Shown one piece after another: positions 44,633-53,297 of a DNA stretch of 64,000 nucleotides (within the stretch, counting starts at the first letter, position 1; each line of letters begins with the position of its first letter). Origin of the DNA: an uncultured virus (IMG/VR IMGVR_UViG_2860903427_000006) (Duplodnaviria; Heunggongvirae; Uroviricota; Caudoviricetes); IMG/VR virus record IMGVR_UViG_2860903427_000006, positions 1-64,000 of that record; one strand, given 5' to 3'. The notes under the pieces were generated by a model. That model made no database searches. It was not told where the DNA came from and was given only the letters and a program-made list of their open reading frames with translations. A program made the position numbers and the translations under genes.

Positions 44633-45635
44633 GGGCAGCCCTCCTCGCTCTCTGCTCGGCCAGGGCCTGCTCAGCGGCGGACAAGTTCGATGCGGTGTTC
44701 TCCTGCTGGCGTGCCTGCGTTCCGGTGGTCGGGCGATTGGTCAACCACATCGTGTGGTAGCCCTCAGCGTTCGCCAGCAACAGGCCGAGGGGATGGTGCT
44801 GAGCAATCAGTCGAGCATCGTGGATGCACTTGACGTAGAACGCGGCCACCTTTGGCGCGTCGGCCTGGCCCACACGATCGATCAGCTTCGAAAGCTTGCC
44901 GGCAACCGATGCGTTCCAAACCGGCCAAGCGGTGTATCGAGTGCGATAGGCCATGGCGTAGTTGGCCCATGTGCGGTACGCCTTGCAGTTCGGGTCTTTC
45001 GGGCCTGGCATGTCGGCCGGTATCTGGCAGCGCGGCCCGGGCTCTTGCTCGGCGCCGACGAATTCCCCGCCCGGGGCCGGCGCAGCCTCCCCGGCAATAT
45101 CCTGATTGGTACCCTGATTACTGGTTACCTGATTACTGGTTACCTGATTTGTCGGAGATTTTTCCGACCCTGAACGGATTTTTTTCCGACCTACCCCGGA
45201 TTTTTTTCCGATCTTGGTCGGAGATTTTTCCGACCTGCCTGCATCGGATTTTTCTCCGACCTCGGAAGAATTTCCGACCTCGGATTTTTCTCCGACCTGG
45301 GTCGGATATTTTTCCGACCCGTCCAGTTTCCGATTCCACTCCTGCCCCTTCGCAGTGAGCCGCACGAGTGTGATGGTTGCTGTGCTCGACAGATCGATCA
45401 CACCGGCCGCAGCGATCTGCTTCAGCAAGCGGTACGCCGTGTCCGGCTTGTCCGTCAGCAGCGGCAACTCCTCGAGGATCTTCGCTTTGCTCAGGGCGTA
45501 GAAATCACCTGCGGGCGTCTGAACCAGGCGCGCCCAACTCGGGCACTCGTAGACGAAGGCGAACAGCAGCGCCTGCTGCGAGTTCAGCCCCCACTCGAGC
45601 GCTTTCGCTTGATTGATCGTCACGGTGAACTGCAT
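44619..45635 (-). CDS. replication initiator (lambda O-like) with internal origin
   Basis: ATG 45635 just after cro; N-terminal wHTH; iteron array inside the gene. Confidence 0.85.
   Translation of the reverse strand: MQFTVTINQAKALEWGLNSQQALLFAFVYECPSWARLVQTPAGDFYALSKAKILEELPLLTDKPDTAYRLLKQIAAAGVIDLSSTATITLVRLTAKGQEWNRKLDGSEKYPTQVGEKSEVGNSSEVGEKSDAGRSEKSPTKIGKKSGVGRKKIRSGSEKSPTNQVTSNQVTSNQGTNQDIAGEAAPAPGGEFVGAEQEPGPRCQIPADMPGPKDPNCKAYRTWANYAMAYRTRYTAWPVWNASVAGKLSKLIDRVGQADAPKVAAFYVKCIHDARLIAQHHPLGLLLANAEGYHTMWLTNRPTTGTQARQQENTASNLSAAEQALAEQRARRAAHADA
45101..45318. repeat. replication origin: 8 iterons plus 15-bp repeats
   Basis: Eight CGGA-N6-TCCGA units at 45151-45318; CCTGATTACTGGTTA x2 plus partial copies at 45101-45149. 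Confidence 0.85.
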
Positions 45636-45636
45636 G

Positions 45637-45837
45637 TCACGAAGCCATGCGCACCTTTTGGGCCGGGAAGGCGCGCACCTCCTCAGCAGAGTACGAACCA
45701 TCTTCGCAGCGGTAGACATTGATCTTCCTCCCCGCTCGAAGCGCCTTACTGATGGCCCCCTGGGTCACGCCGAGCAGCTCCGCTGCCTTCGCCTGCCCCT
45801 GCTCGGCCACAAATTCGTTAATGGGAATGATCTGCAT
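45637..45837 (-). CDS. cro: Cro repressor
   Basis: GQAKAAELLGVTQGAISKALRAGRKI...AEEVRAFP, lambda Cro-like; divergent from cI. Confidence 0.93.
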   Translation of the reverse strand: MQIIPINEFVAEQGQAKAAELLGVTQGAISKALRAGRKINVYRCEDGSYSAEEVRAFPAQKVRMAS

Positions 45838-45862
45838 ATGCCCTCCTACGCGGTCATTCCGA

Positions 45863-45932
45863 ATTATTACTTGCGGTCTTTAATTTTACAAGACCGGCGA
45901 TCTTAGAGAAATATGAACACTGGTAATATCAT
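45863..45932. promoter_or_regulatory. OR operators with PR and PRM
   Basis: 15-bp operators at 45866, 45890, 45913; PR TTGTAA-17-AATAAT (minus); PRM TAGAGA-17-TATCAT (plus). Confidence 0.75.
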
Positions 45933-45938
45933 GAGTGG

Positions 45939-46742
45939 ATGAACATGAAATCGAAGAAGCGGCCGCTCACGGCCGAAGAAAAGCAGGAGTGCCAAGCTCT
46001 CAATGCCATTTACAAGGCGAAGAAAAGAGAACTCGGCATCACTCAAGAGAAGATCGCCCTCGAGGGGCTTGGCGCCACCACCCAGAGTGCGGCAAGTCAT
46101 TACCTCACTGGGAAGAACGCGCTGAACGCAGAGGCAGCAGCGGTTTTCGCTCGCTATCTTGAGATTCAGGTCAGGGACTTCAGCCCGCGCCTGGCCGAGG
46201 AGATAGAGCGCATGGCAACGACGGTACGCCCCAAGCCGGTTGCAAATACCAGGGGCGACCTCGAACCGATCCCCGTCTGGGATGACGGCGATCCACTGGA
46301 TGCCGATGAAGTCGAGATTCCCTATTTCAACGAAATTCAGATTGCAGCGGGGGATGGTCGCTTGCCTGATCTGGAGCAGGCGAAGCGCAAAATTCGGTTC
46401 CCTCGCACTGTCCTCCGGGAGTCGGGAGTAGACCCCAAGAACTCGGTCTGCGTGAACGTTACGGGGAACTCTATGGAACCGCTGATCGCAGACGGCGCGA
46501 TCATCGGAGTCGATCTATCAGTCAGCACAATCACTGACGGCGAGATCTATGCCCTGAAGCATGACGATATGCTGCGAGTGAAGTTCGTCTATCGCCTACC
46601 CGGCGGAGGCATCCGCCTGCGCAGCTTTAACCGTGACGAATACCCAGACGAGGAGTACACCAGGGACCAAATGCGTGAGAGTAACCTCAGCATCATCGGT
46701 TGGGTCTTCTGGTGGTCCGTCATGAGACGTAGAAAACACTGA
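45939..46742 (+). CDS. cI: CI repressor (HTH plus S24 autopeptidase)
   Basis: ITQEKIA...TQSAASHYL HTH; AAG cleavage site; GNSMEP and VK catalytic motifs. Confidence 0.95.
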   Translation: MNMKSKKRPLTAEEKQECQALNAIYKAKKRELGITQEKIALEGLGATTQSAASHYLTGKNALNAEAAAVFARYLEIQVRDFSPRLAEEIERMATTVRPKPVANTRGDLEPIPVWDDGDPLDADEVEIPYFNEIQIAAGDGRLPDLEQAKRKIRFPRTVLRESGVDPKNSVCVNVTGNSMEPLIADGAIIGVDLSVSTITDGEIYALKHDDMLRVKFVYRLPGGGIRLRSFNRDEYPDEEYTRDQMRESNLSIIGWVFWWSVMRRRKH

Positions 46743-46778
46743 GCCCGCTCCCACCCGCCTGGCCAGCCCCGTCCGGGG

Positions 46779-47045
46779 CTACCAGGCCTGCTCGCCCCTC
46801 TCCTGCTCCTCCCACCTCAACGTGACGCTGCCGTCATCGTTGAAAGTCAGATCAATCCCGTCCGTCTCGGCCAACACTTCCATAATCCCTTCCCAGGCCT
46901 CGTCTGCATCCGTGTCCAGACGGTGAATAGTTACTGTCCGAAGCTCTTGGGCCTTCGGCGAGTTGATCATCTGGGTCACCCGCAACCCTAGCTTCTCACC
47001 CGCGGTGAGAACCTGGGCTTCCTGCTTTTTCTTTTGCTTGGCCAT
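46779..47045 (-). CDS. DUF1654-like protein, LexA-controlled
   Basis: EKLGLRV..MINSPKAQ...W......AETDG...F.DDGSV...W; LexA box 15 bp upstream. Confidence 0.8.
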   Translation of the reverse strand: MAKQKKKQEAQVLTAGEKLGLRVTQMINSPKAQELRTVTIHRLDTDADEAWEGIMEVLAETDGIDLTFNDDGSVTLRWEEQERGEQAW

Positions 47046-47060
47046 AAGCACCTCCACAAG

Positions 47061-47076
47061 CTGTATATCCATACAG
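47061..47076. promoter_or_regulatory. LexA (SOS) box
   Basis: CTGTATATCCATACAG. Confidence 0.85.
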
Positions 47077-47122
47077 TATTACCAGAACCCCTACTTTTCA
47101 AGAGCGCTATTTTGATTTTTTT

Positions 47123-47164
47123 AATACCGCAGGTCTTGACCAATAATATGACCGCTGATAATTT
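47123..47164 (+). promoter_or_regulatory. OL operators with PL
   Basis: Operators AATACC-GCA-GGTCTT (47123) and ATGACC-GCT-GATAAT (47148); TTGACC-17-TAATTT with extended TG. Confidence 0.75.
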
Positions 47165-47456
47165 TCATGCCGTCGGCACAGAACATCGTGACGACAGAAC
47201 AGGCCACAGCGAGCCAAGGCCTTGCCGACAGGCAGAACGGGATTCAGGGGACGCCTCGCCCCGGGTGTGCAGCTTCGAGCACCGCAAGCGAGAGTCGGCA
47301 GCAAAGCGTGGCCGGCTGTCGGGATCTCAGGTCCCCCGAGAAAGCATTCGCCCAGCCGGAGGTGGCGCGTAACGCCGGCCAGCAATACCGATTTCCTAGA
47401 TGCCCCTCGCCAGTACGGGAGGGGCATACGGGAAACCACAACGAGAGGAAACACCG

Positions 47457-47630
47457 ATGTTCAAGAAAGGCCAGTCCGTGATCCTGACCAACCCGCGTGG
47501 CGTCGCGAAGGAAGGCAAGTTCCTGCGCACCATCAACAAGGGCACCGGCCGCGGTGGCGGTGAGTACCTGGTCGTCGAAGTGAACGGCAAAGAGCTGCAG
47601 GCCCGCGCCTGCAAGGTGAAAGCCGCATAA
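47457..47630 (+). CDS. small basic protein (57 aa), first gene of the PL operon
   Basis: GAGGA RBS, strong codon bias, SH3/KOW-like pattern FKKGQSV. Confidence 0.75.
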   Translation: MFKKGQSVILTNPRGVAKEGKFLRTINKGTGRGGGEYLVVEVNGKELQARACKVKAA

Positions 47631-47678
47631 AGAGCATGCCCCGGTTCGCCGGGGCATTACCGCCCTGGAGGGCAGACG

Positions 47679-47894
47679 ATGCAGATCGAAATCGAACTGG
47701 CGCCTAAGCCAGTCCCGCACCCAGCGATTGCTGGATGGCTACAGGCAGCGGATGAGGCTGAGCGCGCCGGCCTGACCTTCGCCGCGAACACTTACCGGAG
47801 CACCGCACGCAGCATCGAGTTGGAACAGGAAACTGGCGTTCCTGTATGCGCATGCTGCTTCAAGCCGTTCGGGCGCGGCGTCCTCCATCAGTAG
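47679..47894 (+). CDS. hypothetical protein with C-terminal CACC motif
   Basis: 71 aa, GGAGGG RBS. Confidence 0.7.
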   Translation: MQIEIELAPKPVPHPAIAGWLQAADEAERAGLTFAANTYRSTARSIELEQETGVPVCACCFKPFGRGVLHQ

Positions 47895-47956
47895 CCCGCC
47901 GCCCTGCCGGTAGCAGGGCATCACCAGCCCCACCGAACTCTATCCGGAGACACACG

Positions 47957-48169
47957 ATGAAGCGAAACGCCAACCCGGCGGCGACCGTTGCTGCCTGGAA
48001 TTCCGCATACCCCGCCGGCACCGAGGTCGATTACCGGTTCCATCGCGGCGCAACGCCGAAACGCACCCGGACGACAACCGAAGCCCAGGTGCTCGGCGGA
48101 CACACTGCTGTCGTCTGGCTCGCTGGCGTGTCCGGTTGCGTTGCCCTTTCCCACTGCGAGCCGGCCTGA
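47957..48169 (+). CDS. hypothetical protein, paralog of the CsrA-fusion C-terminal domain
   Basis: 70 aa from ATG 47957; WN..YP.GT.V.Y...RTRT...A.V...AVVWL.G. Confidence 0.75.
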   Translation: MKRNANPAATVAAWNSAYPAGTEVDYRFHRGATPKRTRTTTEAQVLGGHTAVVWLAGVSGCVALSHCEPA

Positions 48170-48203
48170 GCCCGCGCACCCAGCATCCTGAACGGAGGCA
48201 CAC

Positions 48204-48575
48204 ATGCTGATCCTCACTCGCCGAGTCGGCGAAACCCTGCACATTGGCGACGACATCACCGTGACCGTCGTCGAGAACAGAGGCGGCCAGATCCGCCTCG
48301 GAATCGTTGCTCCGGAAGCGATGGCCATTCATCGCGCCGAGATCTACGCCCGGGTTGGCGCCGTCCGGCCCGCCTCACCCAAAGACCTGGTTGAAGAGTG
48401 GAATCGCACGCACCCGGCCCAGGTGGCCGTTGAGTACCGTCCGCTCCGCGACTCCATCCCCATCCGCACCAGAACGCTCACTCAAGCCAAAGTTTCCGCC
48501 TCCGGCATGGCGGTGATCTGGCTAGAAGGTCAGGCCACGCCGGTGCTGCTACGCAACTGCACTGCTGTTTCCTGA
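48204..48575 (+). CDS. csrA: CsrA/RsmA homolog fused to a C-terminal domain
   Basis: [23 protein letters not shown]...QIRLGI.AP...IHRAEIY plus about 65 extra aa. Confidence 0.92.
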   Translation: MLILTRRVGETLHIGDDITVTVVENRGGQIRLGIVAPEAMAIHRAEIYARVGAVRPASPKDLVEEWNRTHPAQVAVEYRPLRDSIPIRTRTLTQAKVSASGMAVIWLEGQATPVLLRNCTAVS

Positions 48576-48595
48576 GCCCGTTTCATCCCCCCCTT

Positions 48596-48619
48596 GCCCG
48601 GCTACGGCCGGGCTTTTTT
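48596..48619 (+). terminator. intrinsic terminator
   Basis: GCCCGGC-TACG-GCCGGGC-TTTTTT. Confidence 0.85.
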
Positions 48620-48717
48620 CACCGCCCACATTCGCATGAACGTTCCCCGCCTCCCCGCCGGGCAAGCCCGGCGGCGCGAGCGTTCAGCCGAATGCAGGTG
48701 AATACGGAGCACACGCC

Positions 48718-49221
48718 ATGATCGACCCACGAGCGAACAGGCTGGAGAAACTGGTGCCGCCGGCACCGCTGCCCCACGTCAGCCGCGGCGCGCTCAAGCG
48801 CATCAAGCATCCTCAGCCAATCCCCTCCGGCTGCCCGCACTGCGGCGGCCTGGTCCGGCTGGTCAGCAACCGGGTGATCTACGGTCGCGAGTACGGCGAC
48901 TGGCCATACGCCTACGCCTGTACTGGCACGGGCTGCGGCGCTTACGTGGGCCTGCATCCCGACACCGACATCCCGCTGGGAACGCTGGCCGACAAGCCGC
49001 TGCGCGACGCTCGCAACCGCTGCAAGCGCCCATTCGAACGCATCTGGCGCGACAAGCTGATGACGCGCAGTCAGGCCTACGCCTGGCTCGCCGCTGAACT
49101 CCAAATCACGCCGCCCGAATGCCACTTCGGACTCTTCGACGTTGACCGGTGTGAGCGGGCCAAACGCATCTGCGACCAGTACCTGGAAGCGATCTACACC
49201 AGTTCAGCGAGGTGGGGATGA
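48718..49221 (+). CDS. DUF3268-like zinc-finger protein
   Basis: CPHCG...C...CGAYVGLHP...PLGTLA...AY.WLA...CHFG.FD. Confidence 0.85.
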   Translation: MIDPRANRLEKLVPPAPLPHVSRGALKRIKHPQPIPSGCPHCGGLVRLVSNRVIYGREYGDWPYAYACTGTGCGAYVGLHPDTDIPLGTLADKPLRDARNRCKRPFERIWRDKLMTRSQAYAWLAAELQITPPECHFGLFDVDRCERAKRICDQYLEAIYTSSARWG

Positions 49222-49367
49222 TGTGGACATACCGCGAGCGCCACAACCGCGCAGCGTTCAACTGCGCCCAGCAGGCCTGGGACCGCGAAGTCGATCCGCT
49301 CTGGGACCAGCCGGACCCGGAGCCCGAGGACGAAGAGCAGGAGGACGAAGATGGCCTTCAGCGATGA
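49221..49367 (+). CDS. small acidic-tailed protein (48 aa)
   Basis: MWTYRERHNRAAF...DPEPEDEEQEDEDGLQR; coupled to both neighbours. Confidence 0.6.
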   Translation: MWTYRERHNRAAFNCAQQAWDREVDPLWDQPDPEPEDEEQEDEDGLQR

Positions 49368-49572
49368 ACGCGCGGTGCTGATGATCGAGGAAGGCATTAC
49401 GGCGATGCGCCGATCACCGTTCCCACGCCCGGACCAGAAGTTCGTCCACGGCCAAATTGAACTGGCCTATGCGGTCGGCTTCATCGACACCCGTATTTAC
49501 GACGACATGCGCCACCGGCTCGACGCCGCGTCGGACGCCCGCTGGGCAGAACTCAGGAGCACTCGGGTATGA
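49351..49572 (+). CDS. hypothetical protein
   Basis: 73 aa, GGAGG RBS. Confidence 0.7.
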   Translation: MAFSDERAVLMIEEGITAMRRSPFPRPDQKFVHGQIELAYAVGFIDTRIYDDMRHRLDAASDARWAELRSTRV

Positions 49573-49940
49573 ATCCAATCACCCGCTTTCAAGTCCGGGC
49601 CGGCCGAGACGCAGCTAGCCGCTGTGAGTTCGTTCGGGAAACGAAGGCCTACTACGTTCGAGCCGACGGCACGCGCATCGCGAAGCGCGCTGACTGGTAC
49701 AGGTTCTACGCCACCGAACAGGAAGCGCAGTCTGCAATCGAGCGCGACAACCGCACGCGGGCGGAACGCGCAGCACGGCGGCGCGTTGAAAGCTACGGCC
49801 CCGAATTACTCATCGCCCTGGAGCAGGCGTACTGCGCGCTGGTCGGCTATCTGCCGCAGCATCGCAACGCGATCACAACTGCGGCGATCGAGGCGGCCCG
49901 AAGCGCAATCGACAAAGCCAAGGGAGGGGCCTCCGCATGA
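49569..49940 (+). CDS. hypothetical protein
   Basis: 123 aa, ATGA overlaps at both ends. Confidence 0.7.
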   Translation: MNPITRFQVRAGRDAASRCEFVRETKAYYVRADGTRIAKRADWYRFYATEQEAQSAIERDNRTRAERAARRRVESYGPELLIALEQAYCALVGYLPQHRNAITTAAIEAARSAIDKAKGGASA

Positions 49941-50056
49941 AGCCAAATGCGACTGGCGCCCGCCGGGCGCTCACCGAAGTTGCGTCGGCAATCGGCGTGC
50001 TGGCCCTGGTGGCTCCGTTTTACGGCTGGCTGATCTACAGGATGCTCCCGACATGA
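49937..50056 (+). CDS. small membrane peptide (39 aa)
   Basis: MKPNATGARRALTEVASAIGVLALVAPFYGWLIYRMLPT; ATGA-coupled. Confidence 0.6.
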   Translation: MKPNATGARRALTEVASAIGVLALVAPFYGWLIYRMLPT

Positions 50057-50205
50057 ACGCGAAACGCAAAGCCATCTGGGTGGGCGGCCTGATTGGCGGC
50101 CTCCTCTTCCTGCTCATTCTCGCCCTAGGCCCGATCTGGGGCGGACTGATTACCGCGGAACAACCAGCCACGGCGCCGGCAGCCGTCAAGCGAGCAACAC
50201 CATGA
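50053..50205 (+). CDS. small membrane peptide (50 aa)
   Basis: MNAKRKAIWVGGLIGGLLFLLILALGPIW...; ATGA-coupled. Confidence 0.6.
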   Translation: MNAKRKAIWVGGLIGGLLFLLILALGPIWGGLITAEQPATAPAAVKRATP

Positions 50206-50957
50206 CAAACATGAATAGCAACATGGCTATCTGGGACCAGGTGAAAGAGACGGACACCAGGTACACAAGGCAGGCGAAGCTCAACGGTCAGGACATGACG
50301 TCCATCAACGGCTTGTATATCGTCCGTCGTGCGACTGAGCTATTCGGCCCCGTCGGCAAGGGCTGGGGCTGGAAAGTCTTGGTAGAGCGCTTCGATGAAG
50401 GCGCACCGCACCTCGATAAGAACGGTGCGGTCATCTGCCACGACAAGACCCACACCCTGTACATCGAACTCTGGTATCGCCACGACGGGACGATCAATCA
50501 CGCCCGCCAATACGGGCACACCCCCTACGTCTACAAGACCGAGTGGGGCTTCAAGACTGACCACGACTACGGCAAGAAGTCACTCACCGACGCCATCAAG
50601 AAGTGTCTGTCACTCCTCGGGTTCAGCGCCGACATTCACATGGGCATGTTCGACGACACGACCTATGTCGAAGGCCTGAAGCTGAAAGAGCGCCTGGCCG
50701 ATGCCGGCGATCCCGAGACAGCCCTGGACGAAGCCAAGGACGAATTCAAGACCTGGCTTCGCGCACAACTCGACGCGATCGCCGCGGCACCGAACTCCCG
50801 CGCCCTGGAGTTAATGCGTAAGCAAGTCGCCGAGAAGGCCCGCGCCAAAGCGCCAGTCGTCAACTTCAACCCCTCAGAGATTGAGCTGCGCGTGAATGAA
50901 GCCGCCGATGAGCGCCTGCGCCAGCTTTCCCCCGCTCCTACCAGCCCCGAGGAATGA
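50202..50957 (+). CDS. single-strand annealing protein (Rad52/Sak-like)
   Basis: T.I...Y.V...TELFGP.G.GWG...KKS.TDAIKK.LS.LGFSADI..G.FDD. Confidence 0.75.
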   Translation: MTNMNSNMAIWDQVKETDTRYTRQAKLNGQDMTSINGLYIVRRATELFGPVGKGWGWKVLVERFDEGAPHLDKNGAVICHDKTHTLYIELWYRHDGTINHARQYGHTPYVYKTEWGFKTDHDYGKKSLTDAIKKCLSLLGFSADIHMGMFDDTTYVEGLKLKERLADAGDPETALDEAKDEFKTWLRAQLDAIAAAPNSRALELMRKQVAEKARAKAPVVNFNPSEIELRVNEAADERLRQLSPAPTSPEE

Positions 50958-50961
50958 CACC

Positions 50962-51978
50962 ATGACCATCCTGAAAAATGTTGACCTGGAAAACGGTACC
51001 GTCGAGGTCGCCGAGTACAACGCAACCAACGCCGCCCTGGCAAAACTTCGCGAGAAGTACGCGACGCTGCCGGACGCCAATACCGCCGATGGCTACGAGT
51101 TCATCAAGGCCGGTATCAAGGAATTGACCACACTGCGCACCAGCCTGGAAGCCGCTCGCAAGCGTGAAAAGGCGCCTTACATCGAGGCAGGCCAGATCAT
51201 CGACGCCGAGGCGAAGCGGATCACCGCCGCACTGGTGACGTTGGAAGATCCGATGAAGGCCGCCAAGAAGGAGGTCGACGATCGCGTCGAACGCGAGCGC
51301 CAGGAACGGATCGCACGCCTGCTGTCGAAGGTCGACGCCATCAAAGGGATGCCGGCCCAGGTACGCGGCAAGACCAGCGACGAGATTGCCGCGATGATCG
51401 ACCGCTGTGGCGAAATCGACACAGCACACGACTTCTACGACTTGACGAAGGAAGCCCAAGCCGCACAGCAGACGGCCATGGACGAACTGACCCAAATGCT
51501 GACCGACCGCCTGGCCTTCGAGCAAGCGGAGCGCCAGCGGCAGGAGTTGGAAGCCCAGCAAGCCGAAATGCGCCGCCGCATGGAGGAGCAAGACGCGGAA
51601 ATGCGCCGCCAACAGGAGGAAATGCAACGCCAACGCGAAGAACTGGCACGCCAGCAGCGAGAGCTTGCCGCGGCGCGCCAGCAACTCGCCGAGCAGGAGA
51701 CACCCGCCGCTGTCGATCCGGAGGCGCCGAGGGTCGAGGCTGCACCAGCACCCGCCCAGATCAAGCCAGCCAGCAAGGCAGCAGAGCCCAGCGCTACCCA
51801 GTGGCGCGCCCGCGTCGTTGATAAAACCGCGCTCATCGCCGCCATCGCCGAAGGCCTGGCCACCGAGGACTTGCTCGTCGTCGACCAGCCGGCCCTGGAC
51901 AACCTGGCCAACAGCAAGGGCCAAACGCTGAATCTGCCGGGCGTGATCGTCGAAAAGGCCCCCGCGAAAGCGGCCTGA
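50962..51978 (+). CDS. coiled-coil protein of the recombination module
   Basis: 338 aa, long heptad region, C-terminal LPGV. Confidence 0.7.
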   Translation: MTILKNVDLENGTVEVAEYNATNAALAKLREKYATLPDANTADGYEFIKAGIKELTTLRTSLEAARKREKAPYIEAGQIIDAEAKRITAALVTLEDPMKAAKKEVDDRVERERQERIARLLSKVDAIKGMPAQVRGKTSDEIAAMIDRCGEIDTAHDFYDLTKEAQAAQQTAMDELTQMLTDRLAFEQAERQRQELEAQQAEMRRRMEEQDAEMRRQQEEMQRQREELARQQRELAAARQQLAEQETPAAVDPEAPRVEAAPAPAQIKPASKAAEPSATQWRARVVDKTALIAAIAEGLATEDLLVVDQPALDNLANSKGQTLNLPGVIVEKAPAKAA

Positions 51979-52025
51979 CTAGCCACCTCGCGCCGGCCAC
52001 GCCGGCACAGTTCAAGGAAACGAGA

Positions 52026-52580
52026 ATGACCAGTATCGACTGGAGCATCGCGCCTCATTGGGCGCAGGCAGTGGTCACTACCGAGCACGGCAACGATATG
52101 TACTGGGTTGAGGGATGGGGCTGCCGGATCAGCAAACGCCAGCGCGTGGGCAACCTGCGGCCAGACTTCAACACCTGCGACATGACCAAACTGGACCACG
52201 CATGGCGACTGGTGGAACGTCGTCCTGTGGCTGATGAGGCAAAGGAGCCTGTCATACAGTGGAACGGCCAAGACGGCCTGCCGCCGGTCGGCGTGGAATG
52301 CGAATACAGGCACATGATCTGGCCGGAGTATCGGCGCTGTGAAATTCGGTACATCAGCGACGAGTCGTTAGTTGCGTACGACAACGGCCAAGAACAGTAC
52401 TACCGCACGCGCGACATGCTGTTCCGCCCGCTCCCCACCCCCGAGCAGATCGCCGCCCAGGCTGTCGATGCCATGCTCAGCGACTACCAGTACAAGGTTG
52501 GCTCCTGTACGTTCATGCTCACGCGCGAACAGGCTGAACGGTTGTACGCCATCGGCTACCGCAAGCACCCCTCCTCCTAA
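52026..52580 (+). CDS. hypothetical protein
   Basis: 184 aa; IDWS.AP.WA and WNG.DGLPPVG.ECE phage motifs. Confidence 0.75.
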   Translation: MTSIDWSIAPHWAQAVVTTEHGNDMYWVEGWGCRISKRQRVGNLRPDFNTCDMTKLDHAWRLVERRPVADEAKEPVIQWNGQDGLPPVGVECEYRHMIWPEYRRCEIRYISDESLVAYDNGQEQYYRTRDMLFRPLPTPEQIAAQAVDAMLSDYQYKVGSCTFMLTREQAERLYAIGYRKHPSS

Positions 52581-52688
52581 TCCCCCCGACCCCTCCGAAC
52601 CGCCTGCGCCGGCGCCCGCCGCCGGTGCGGCATCCGGGTGCGCGTTCATCGAGCGCGCAGCCTGATGCCCAACCACTGAGGACAGACC

Positions 52689-53294
52689 ATGCTCACCAAC
52701 ATTTTCGACTTCGAAACGACGGGTATTCCCGAGTGGAAGTTGCCCAGTGAAGACCCGTGCCAGCCCCACATCGTGGAAGTTGCCGCTCTGCTCTGCGATG
52801 CCGCCGGCAACACCATCGATCGCTTTGAGGCGATCGTGCGACCCAACGGCTGGGAAATCACCCCCGAAATGACAGCGATCCACGGCATCAGCCACGAACA
52901 GGCGATGGATGTTGGCATCAGCGAGGCCGAGGCTCTGGAGGGCTTTCTTGCGATCAACGGCCGCGCAGCCCGCCGCGCGGCGCACAACATCAGCTTCGAC
53001 GACCGTATCACTCGCATCGCGCTAATGCGCTACCAGGACGAGGATGCGGCCAACGCCTTCAAGGAATCGGGTGAGAAGTTCTGCACCTGCTATCGCTCCC
53101 GCGCACAGGTCGCGCTTCCCCGCAACAAGCTGCCGACCTTGGCCGAGGCATACAAGCACTTCACCGGGGAGGACCTGGTGGAGGCTCACCGCGCGATGCC
53201 GGACGCCCAAGCCTGCGCCCGCATCTACTTCGCTTTGCAGGGAGTCGATGTGGCGCCGGCCAGTTCGGTGCCGCCGGCTGAGGCGGAGGCCTGA
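52689..53294 (+). CDS. DEDDh 3'-5' exonuclease (DnaQ-like)
   Basis: FDFETTG, AHN.SFD, AHRA.PDA. Confidence 0.92.
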   Translation: MLTNIFDFETTGIPEWKLPSEDPCQPHIVEVAALLCDAAGNTIDRFEAIVRPNGWEITPEMTAIHGISHEQAMDVGISEAEALEGFLAINGRAARRAAHNISFDDRITRIALMRYQDEDAANAFKESGEKFCTCYRSRAQVALPRNKLPTLAEAYKHFTGEDLVEAHRAMPDAQACARIYFALQGVDVAPASSVPPAEAEA

Positions 53295-53297
53295 GCC

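Noticed and set aside
45151..45318. Repeat array as a possible CRISPR
   Set aside because: Spacers only 1-10 bp, in frame within the initiator gene, no cas genes; fits iterons
47457..50205. Known anti-CRISPR/aca locus or Acb/Tad proteins
   Set aside because: No sequence I recognise and no aca-like HTH gene; cannot be excluded without a search
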